From: Auanema rhodensis
Lineage: Eukaryota; Animalia; Nematoda
Length of the DNA: 64,000 nucleotides
Direction of reading: 5' to 3'
Assembly (NCBI GenBank): GCA_964057225.1
Contig: OZ059898.1
Location: 930,001 to 994,000, forward strand
Part shown: piece after piece, positions 55,501-64,000 of the stretch
How positions within the stretch are numbered: the first letter of the stretch is position 1
Layout: each line of letters starts with the position of its first letter
Program-made: the position numbers and the translations under genes
Notes under the pieces: generated by a model
Told to the model about the DNA's origin: nothing
What the model saw: only the letters and a program-made list of their open reading frames with translations
Database searches by the model: none

Positions 55501-57557
55501 CGTTTCTCAATGTAGTATAGTGCATTCGATGCGGATTTTTAAGCTGCGTCGATCTGTGTTATCAGATTTGCGCTAGCTTAAAAATGCACCGAGATATCAA
55601 CTGATATAAGTTCACACTTATATCCTCGATTTTCACCCTGAAGAATTAATTTTTTCGTTGAATAACATTGTCCATCGTCTTTGCCTTGAAAAAAGGAATC
55701 TAAAAACATCTACTTTTTGCTAAATTATTTTGAAATTTTTCGAAAAAATTTTTGTCAAAATGTTTTTGGAAGCAATGTTGAGTGTACATGGAAACTCAAC
55801 ATACACTAATGCATCATTTTTCAAACGATCATAACTAATTTTTGTATTAAGCGTTTCTCAATGTAGTATAGTGCATTCGATGCGGATTTTTAAGCTGCGT
55901 CGATCTGTGTTATCAGATTTGCGCTAGCTTAAAAATGCACCGAGATATCAACTGATATAAGTTCACACTTATATCCTCGATTTTCACCCTGAAGAATTAA
56001 TTTTTTCGTTGAATAACATTGTCCATCGTCTTTGCCTTGAAAAAAGGAATCTAAAAACATCTACTTTTTGCTAAATTATTTTGAAATTTTTCGAAAAAAT
56101 TTTTGTCAAAATGTTTTTGGAAGCAATGTTGAGTGTACATGGAAACTCAACATACACTAATGCATCATTTTTCAAACGATCATAACTAATTTTTGTATTA
56201 AGCGTTTCTCAATGTAGTATAGTGCATTCGATGCGGATTTTTAAGCTGCGTCGATCTGTGTTATCAGATTTGCGCTAGCTTAAAAATGCACCGAGATATC
56301 AACTGATATAAGTTCACACTTATATCCTCGATTTTCACCCTGAAGAATTAATTTTTTCGTTGAATAACATTGTCCATCGTCTTTGCCTTGAAAAAAGGAA
56401 TCTAAAAACATCTACTTTTTGCTAAATTATTTTGAAATTTTTCGAAAAAATTTTTGTCAAAATGTTTTTGGAAGCAATGTTGAGTGTACATGGAAACTCA
56501 ACATACACTAATGCATCATTTTTCAAACGATCATAACTAATTTTTGTATTAAGCGTTTCTCAATGTAGTATAGTGCATTCGATGCGGATTTTTAAGCTGC
56601 GTCGATCTGTGTTATCAGATTTGCGCTAGCTTAAAAATGCACCGAGATATCAACTGATATAAGTTCACACTTATATCCTCGATTTTCACCCTGAAGAATT
56701 AATTTTTTCGTTGAATAACATTGTCCATCGTCTTTGCCTTGAAAAAAGGAATCTAAAAACATCTACTTTTTGCCAAATTATTTTGAAATTTTTCGAAAAA
56801 ATTTTTGTCAAAATGTTTTTGGAAGCAATGTTGAGTGTACATGGAAACTCAACATACACTAATGCATCATTTTTCAAACGATCATAACTAATTTTTGTAT
56901 TAAGCGTTTCTCAATGTAGTATAGTGCATTCGATGCGGATTTTCAAGCTGCGTCGATCTGTGTTATCAGATTTGCGCTAGCTTAAAAATGCACCGAGATA
57001 TCAACTGATATAAGTTCACACTTATATCCTCGATTTTCACCCTGAAGAATTAATTTTTTCGTTGAATAACATTGTCCATCGTCTTTGCCTTGAAAAAAGG
57101 AATCTAAAAACATCTACTTTTTGCTAAATTATTTTGAAATTTTTCGAAAAAATTTTTGTCAAAATGTTTTTGGAAGCAATGTTGAGTGTACATGGAAACT
57201 CAACATACACTAATGCATCATTTTTCAAACGATCATAACTAATTTTTGTATTAAGCGTTTCTCAATGTAGTATAGTGCATTCGATGCGGATTTTCAAGCT
57301 GCGTCGATCTGTGTTATCAGATTTGCGCTAGCTTAAAAATGCACCGAGATATCAACTGATATAAGTTCACACTTATATCCTCGATTTTCACCCTGAAGAA
57401 TTAATTTTTTCGTTGAATAACATTGTCCATCGTCTTTGCTTTGAAAAAAGGAATCTAAAAACATCTACTTTTTGCCAAATTATTTTGAAATTTTTCGAAA
57501 AAATTTTTGTCAAAATGTTTTTGGAAGCAATGTTGAGTGTACATGGAAACTCAACAT
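37551..57557 (+). repeat. Homogeneous 351-bp domain with a recurring 8-monomer SNP signature
   Basis: The same ordered markers occur at 38955-41762, 44571-47378 and 54750-57557, with a nested 4-mer duplication (43167/44571) and a 7-mer recurrence (51240/53697). Confidence 0.85.
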
Positions 57558-60500
57558 ACACTAATGCATCATTTTTCAAACGATCATAACTAATTTTTGT
57601 ATTAAGCGTTTCTCAATGTAGTATAGTGCATTCGATGCGGATTTTTAAGCTGCGTCGATCTGTGTTATCAGATTTGCGCTAGCTTAAAAATGCACCGAGA
57701 TATCAACTGATATAAGTTCACACTTATATCCTCGATTTTCACCCTGAAGAATTAATTTTTTCGTTGAATAACATTGTCCATCGTCTTTGCCTTGAAAAAA
57801 GGAATCCAAAAACATCTACTTTTTGCTAAATTATTTTGAAATTTTTCGAAAAAATTTTTGTCAAAATGTTTTTGGAAGCAATGTTGAGTGTACATGGAAA
57901 CTCAACATACACTAATGCATCATTTTTCAAACGATCATAACTAATTTTTGTATTAAGCGTTTCTCAATGTAGTATAGTGCATTCGATGCGGATTTTTAAG
58001 CTGCGTCGATCTGTGTTATCAGATTTGCGCTAGCTTAAAAATGCACCGAGATATCAACTGATATAAGTTCACACTTATATCCTCGATTTTCACCCTGAAG
58101 AATTAATTTTTTCGTTGAATAACATTGTCCATCGTCTTTGCCTTGAAAAAAGGAATCTAAAAACATCTACTTTTTGCTAAATTATTTTGAAATGTTTTGA
58201 AAAAATTTTTGTCAAAATGTTTTTGGAAGCAATGTTGAGTGTACATGGAAACTCAACATACACCAATGCATCATTTTTCAAACGATCATAACTAATTTTT
58301 GTATTAAGCGTTTCTCAATGTAGTATAGTGCACTCGATGCGGATTTTTAAGCTGCGTCGATCTGTGTTATCAGATTTGCGCTAGCTTAAAAATGCACCGA
58401 GATATCAACTGATATAAGTTCACACTTATATCCTCGATTTTCACCCTGAAGAATTAATTTTTTCGTTGAATAACATTGTCCATCGTCTTTGCCTTGAAAA
58501 AAGGAATCTAAAAACATCTACTTTTTGCTAAATTATTTTGAAATTTTTTGAAAAAATTTTTGTCAAAATGTTTTTGGAAGCAATGTTGAGTGTACATGGA
58601 AACTCAACATACACCAATGCATCATTTTTCAAACGATCATAACTAATTTTTGTATTAAGCGTTTCTCAATGTAGTATAGTGCACTCGATGCGGATTTTTA
58701 AGCTGCGTCGATCTGTGTTATCAGATTTGCGCTAGCTTAAAAATGCACCGAGATATCAACTGATATAAGTTCACACTTATATCCTCGATTTTCACCCTGA
58801 AGAATTAATTTTTTCGTTGAATAACATTGTCCATCGTCTTTGCCTTGAAAAAAGGAATCTAAAAACATCTACTTTTTGCTAAATTATTTTGAAATGTTTT
58901 GAAAAAATTTTTGTCAAAATGTTTTTGGAAGCAATGTTGAGTGTACATGGAAACTCAACATACACCAATGCATCATTTTTCAAACGATCATAACTAATTT
59001 TTGTATTAAGCGTTTTTCAATGTAGTATAGTGCACTCGATGCGGATTTTTAAGCTGCGTCGATCTGTGTTATCAGATTTGCGCTAGCTTAAAAATGCACC
59101 GAGATATCAACTGATATAAGTTCACACTTATATCCTCGATTTTCACCCTGAAGAATTAATTTTTTCGTTGAATAACATTGTCCATCGTCTTTGCCTTGAA
59201 AAAAGGAATCTAAAAACATCTACTTTTTGCTAAATTATTTTGAAATTTTTTGAAAAAATTTTTGTCAAAATGTTTTTGGAAGCAATGTTGAGTGTACATG
59301 GAAACTCAACATACACCAATGCATCATTTTTCAAACGATCATAACTAATTTTTGTATTAAGCGTTTCTCAATGTAGTATAGTGCATTCGATGCGGATTTT
59401 TAAGCTGCGTCGATCTGTGTTATCAGATTTGCGCTAGCTTAAAAATGCACCGAGATATCAACTGATATAAGTTCACACTTATATCCTCGATTTTCACCCT
59501 GAAGAATTAATTTTTTCGTTGAATAACATTGTCCATCGTCTTTGCTTTGAAAAAAGGAATCTAAAAACATCTACTTTTTGCCAAATTATTTTGAAATTTT
59601 TCGAAAAAATTTTTGTCAAAATGTTTTTGGAAGCAATGTTGAGTGTACATGGAAACTCAACATACACTAATGCATCATTTTTCAAACGATCATAACTAAT
59701 TTTTGTATTAAGCGTTTCTCAATGTAGTATAGTGCATTCGATGCGGATTTTTAAGCTGCGTCGATCTGTGTTATCAGATTTGCGCTAGCTTAAAAATGCA
59801 CCGAGATATCAACTGATATAAGTTCACACTTATATCCTCGATTTTCACCCTGAAGAATTAATTTTTTCGTTGAATAACATTGTCCATCGTCTTTGCCTTG
59901 AAAAAAGGAATCCAAAAACATCTACTTTTTGCTAAATTATTTTGAAATTTTTCGAAAAAATTTTTGTCAAAATGTTTTTGGAAGCAATGTTGAGTGTACA
60001 TGGAAACTCAACATACACTAATGCATCATTTTTCAAACGATCATAACTAATTTTTGTATTAAGCGTTTCTCAATGTAGTATAGTGCATTCGATGCGGATT
60101 TTTAAGCTGCGTCGATCTGTGTTATCAGATTTGCGCTAGCTTAAAAATGCACCGAGATATCAACTGATATAAGTTCACACTTATATCCTCGATTTTCACC
60201 CTGAAGAATTAATTTTTTCGTTGAATAACATTGTCCATCGTCTTTGCCTTGAAAAAAGGAATCTAAAAACATCTACTTTTTGCTAAATTATTTTGAAATG
60301 TTTTGAAAAAATTTTTGTCAAAATGTTTTTGGAAGCAATGTTGAGTGTACATGGAAACTCAACATACACCAATGCATCATTTTTCAAACGATCATAACTA
60401 ATTTTTGTATTAAGCGTTTCTCAATGTAGTATAGTGCACTCGATGCGGATTTTTAAGCTGCGTCGATCTGTGTTATCAGATTTGCGCTAGCTTAAAAATG

Positions 60501-60770
60501 CACCGAGATATCAACTGATATAAGTTCACACTTATATCCTCGATTTTCACCCTGAAGAATTAATTTTTTCGTTGAATAACATTGTCCATCGTCTTTGCCT
60601 TGAAAAAAGGAATCTAAAAACATCTACTTTTTGCTAAATTATTTTGAAATTTTTTGAAAAAATTTTTGTCAAAATGTTTTTGGAAGCAATGTTGAGTGTA
60701 CATGGAAACTCAACATACACCAATGCATCATTTTTCAAACGATCATAACTAATTTTTGTATTAAGCGTTT
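57300..60770 (+). repeat. 6-monomer (2106-bp period) duplication spanning the domain boundary
   Basis: Paired variants at +2106: 57440/59546, 57807/59913, 58194/60300, 58264/60370, 58333/60439. Confidence 0.9.
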
Positions 60771-63700
60771 CTCAATGTCGTATAGTGCATTCGATGCGGA
60801 TTTTTAAGCTGCGTCGATCTGTGTTATCAGATTTGCGCTAGCTTAAAAATACACCGAGATATCAACTGATATAAGTTCACACTTATATCCTCGATTTTCA
60901 CCCTGAAGAATTAATTTTTTTGTTGAATAACATTGTCCATCGTCTTTGCCTTGAAAAAAGGAATTTAAAAACATCTACTTTTCGCTAAATTATTTTGAAA
61001 TTTTTCGAAAAAATTTTTGTCAAAATGTTTTTGGAAGCAATGTTGAGTGTACATGGAAACTCAACATACACTAATGCATCATTTTTCAAACGATCATAAC
61101 TAATTTTTGTATTAAGCGTTTCTCAATGTAGTATAGTGCATTCGATGCGGATTTTTAAGCTGCGTCGATCTGTGTTATCAGATTTGCGCTAGCTTAAAAA
61201 TGCACCGAGATATCAACTGATATAAGTTCACACTTATATCCTCGATTTTCACCCTGAAGAATTAATTTTTTCGTTGAATAACATTGTCCATCGTCTTTGC
61301 CTTGAAAAAAGGAATCTAAAAACATCTACTTTTTGCTAAATTATCTTGAAATTTTTTGAAAAAATTTTTGTCAAAATGTTTTTGGAAGCAATGTTGAGTG
61401 TACATGGAAACTCAACATACACTAATGCATCATTTTTCAAACGATCATAACTAATTTTTGTATTAAGCGTTTCTCAATGTAGTATAGTGCATTCGATGCG
61501 GATTTTTAAGCTGCGTCGATCTGTGTTATCAGATTTGCGCTAGCTTAAAAATGCACCGAGATATCAACTGATATAAGTTCACACTTATATCCTCGATTTT
61601 CACCCTGAAGAATTAATTTTTTCGTTGAATAACATTGTCCATCGTCTTTGCCTTGAAAAAAGGAATCTAAAAACATCTACTTTTTGCTAAATTATCTTGA
61701 AATTTTTTGAAAAAAGTTTTGTCAAAATGTTTTTGGAAGCAATGTTGAGTGTACATGGAAACTCAACATACACCAATGCATCATTTTTCAAACGATCATA
61801 ACTAATTTTTGTATTAAGCGTTTCTCAATGTAGTATAGTGCACTCGATGCGGATTTTTAAGCTGCGTCGATCTGTGTTATCAGATTTGCGCTAGCTTAAA
61901 AATGCACCGAGATATCAACTGATATAAGTTCACACTTATATCCTCGATTTTCACCCTGAAGAATTAATTTTTTCGTTGAATAACATTGTCCATCGTCTTT
62001 GCCTTGAAAAAAGGAATCTAAAAACATCTACTTTTTGCTAAATTATTTTGAAATTTTTTGAAAAAATTTTTGTCAAAATGTTTTTGGAAGCAATGTTGAG
62101 TGTACATGGAAACTCAACATACACCAATGCATCATTTTTCAAACGATCATAACTAATTTTTGTATTAAGCGTTTCTCAATGTAGTATAGTGCACTCGATG
62201 CGGATTTTTAAGCTGCGTCGATCTGTGTTATCAGATTTGCGCTAGCTTAAAAATGCACCGAGATATCAACTGATATAAGTTCACACTTATATCCTCGATT
62301 TTCACCCTGAAGAATTAATTTTTTCGTTGAATAACATTGTCCATCGTCTTTGCCTTGAAAAAAGGAATCTAAAAACATCTACTTTTTGCTAAATTATTTT
62401 GAAATGTTTTGAAAAAATTTTTGTCAAAATGTTTTTGGAAGCAATGTTGAGTGTACATGGAAACTCAACATACACCAATGCATCATTTTTCAAACGATCA
62501 TAACTAATTTTTGTATTAAGCGTTTTTCAATGTAGTATAGTGCACTCGATGCGGATTTTTAAGCTGCGTCGATCTGTGTTATCAGATTTGCGCTAGCTTA
62601 AAAATGCACCGAGATATCAACTGATATAAGTTCACACTTATATCCTCGATTTTCACCCTGAAGAATTAATTTTTTCGTTGAATAACATTGTCCATCGTCT
62701 TTGCCTTGAAAAAAGGAATCTAAAAACATCTACTTTTTGCTAAATTATCTTGAAATTTTTTGAAAAAATTTTTGTCAAAATGTTTTTGGAAGCAATGTTG
62801 AGTGTACATGGAAACTCAACATACACCAATGCATCATTTTTCAAACGATCATAACTAATTTTTGTATTAAGCGTTTCTCAATGTAGTATAGTGCACTCGA
62901 TGCGGATTTTTAAGCTGCGTCGATCTGTGTTATCAGATTTGCGCTAGCTTAAAAATGCACCGAGATATCAACTGATATAAGTTCACACTTATATCCTCGA
63001 TTTTCACCCTGAAGAATTAATTTTTTCGTTGAATAACATTGTCCATCGTCTTTGCCTTGAAAAAAGGAATCTAAAAACATCTACTTTTTGCTAAATTATT
63101 CTGAAATTTTTCGAAAAAATTTTTGTCAAAATGTTTTTGGAAGCAATGTTGAGTGTACATGGAAACTCAACATACACTAATGCATCATTTTTCAAACGAT
63201 CATAACTAATTTTTGTAATAAGCGTTTCTCAATGTAGTATAGTGCATTCGATGCGGAGTTTTAAGCTGCGTCGATCTGTGTTATCAGATTTGCGCTAGCT
63301 TAAAAATGCACCGAGATATCAACTGATATAAGTTCACACTTATATCCTCGATTTTCACCCTGAAGAATTAATTTTTTCGTTGAATAACATTGTCCATCGT
63401 CTTTGCTTTGAAAAAAGGAATCTAAAAACATCTACTTTTTGCTAAATTATTTTGAAATTTTTCGAAAAAATTTTTGTCAAAATGTTTTTGGAAGCAATGT
63501 TGAGTGTACATGGAAACTCAACATACACTAATGCATCATTTTTCAAACGATCATAACTAATTTTTGTATTAAGCGTTTCTCAATGTAGTATAGTGCATTC
63601 GATGCGGATTTTTAAGCTGCGTCGATCTGTGTTATCAGATTTGCGCTAGCTTAAAAATGCACCGAGATATCAACTGATATAAGTTCACACTTATATCCTC

Positions 63701-64000
63701 GATTTTCACCCTGAAGAATTAATTTTTTCGTTGAATAACATTGTCCATCGTCTTTGCCTTGAAAAAAGGAATCTAAAAACATCTACTTTTTGCTAAATTA
63801 TTTTGAAATTTTTCGAAAAAATTTTTGTCAAAAATGTTTTTGGAAGCAATGTTGAGTGTACATGGAAACTCAACATACACCAATGCATCATTTTTCAAAC
63901 GATCATAACTAATTTTTGTATTAAGCGTTTCTCAATGTAGTATAGTGCACTCGATGCGGATTTTTAAGCTGCGTCGATCTGTGTTATCAGATTTGCGCTA
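58194..64000 (+). repeat. Domain 5: T5C / T74C / C290T haplotype subfamily
   Basis: ACACCAATGC, GCACTCGATG and TTTTTTGAAAA (or ATGTTTTGAAAA) appear from 58194 onward. T5C and T74C were not seen earlier in the window. Confidence 0.88.

Larger units (their letters stand above)
1..64000. repeat. Tandem satellite DNA array, 351-bp monomer (about 187.4 units, head-to-tail, no inversions or insertions), continuing beyond both window edges
   Basis: ACACTAATGCATCATTTTTC recurs at 1, 352, 627 ... 12001, 24181, 24915, then every 351 bp to 63525, and at 63877. ORF-track spacings in the right half are exact multiples of 351. Hand count of unit 1 gives 109/351 G+C (31%). Confidence 0.99.

Noticed and set aside
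57805-57876. T250C variant perfects an 11-bp inverted repeat (TCCAAAAACAT/ATGTTTTTGGA), suggesting template switching
   Set aside because: It is a single transition, seen twice only because of the 6-mer duplication, and cannot be distinguished from chance.
1358-59685. Twenty copies of a 63-aa minus-strand ORF (MKNDALVYVEF...)
   Set aside because: It exists only in monomers with the T270C SNP, which turns a TAG into TGG; most units have the stop. It begins at TTG, is K/F/I-rich from A/T tracts and has no recognisable domain, so it is a by-product of the satellite.
1-64000. CRISPR array or other repeat-spacer system suggested by the palindromic motifs
   Set aside because: Sequence between the palindromes is essentially identical in every unit, so there are no unique spacers, and there are no cas or other genes.

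Overview
The whole 64-kb window is one uninterrupted, head-to-tail, single-orientation array of an AT-rich (about 31% GC) 351-bp satellite DNA. I found no genes, RNA genes, CRISPR, transposon insertions or unique sequence. Counting from the motif ACACTAATGC at position 1, there are 187 complete units plus a final partial unit: 164 x 351 bp, 2 x 352 bp, 20 x 275 bp (all with the same 76-bp deletion), 1 x 108 bp and 124 bp partial, which sums to 64,000. Each monomer carries at least four inverted repeats. Diagnostic SNPs divide the array into domains: two clusters of mixed 275/351-bp higher-order units (0.35-6 kb, 17.3-25.3 kb), a T278C-rich domain containing a 9-mer duplication (7.4-14.4 kb), a very homogeneous centre (about 28-58 kb) with 4-, 7-, 8- and 16-mer recurrences, and a new haplotype from 58.2 kb that shares rare alleles with the left flank. 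All listed ORFs are by-products of one SNP. The sequence looks like eukaryotic (probably invertebrate) centromeric or pericentromeric satellite, but I cannot name the family or the species. Nothing here supports a new protein-coding system; the interest lies in the array architecture and history. Monomer positions below are numbered from unit 1 (window 1-351).
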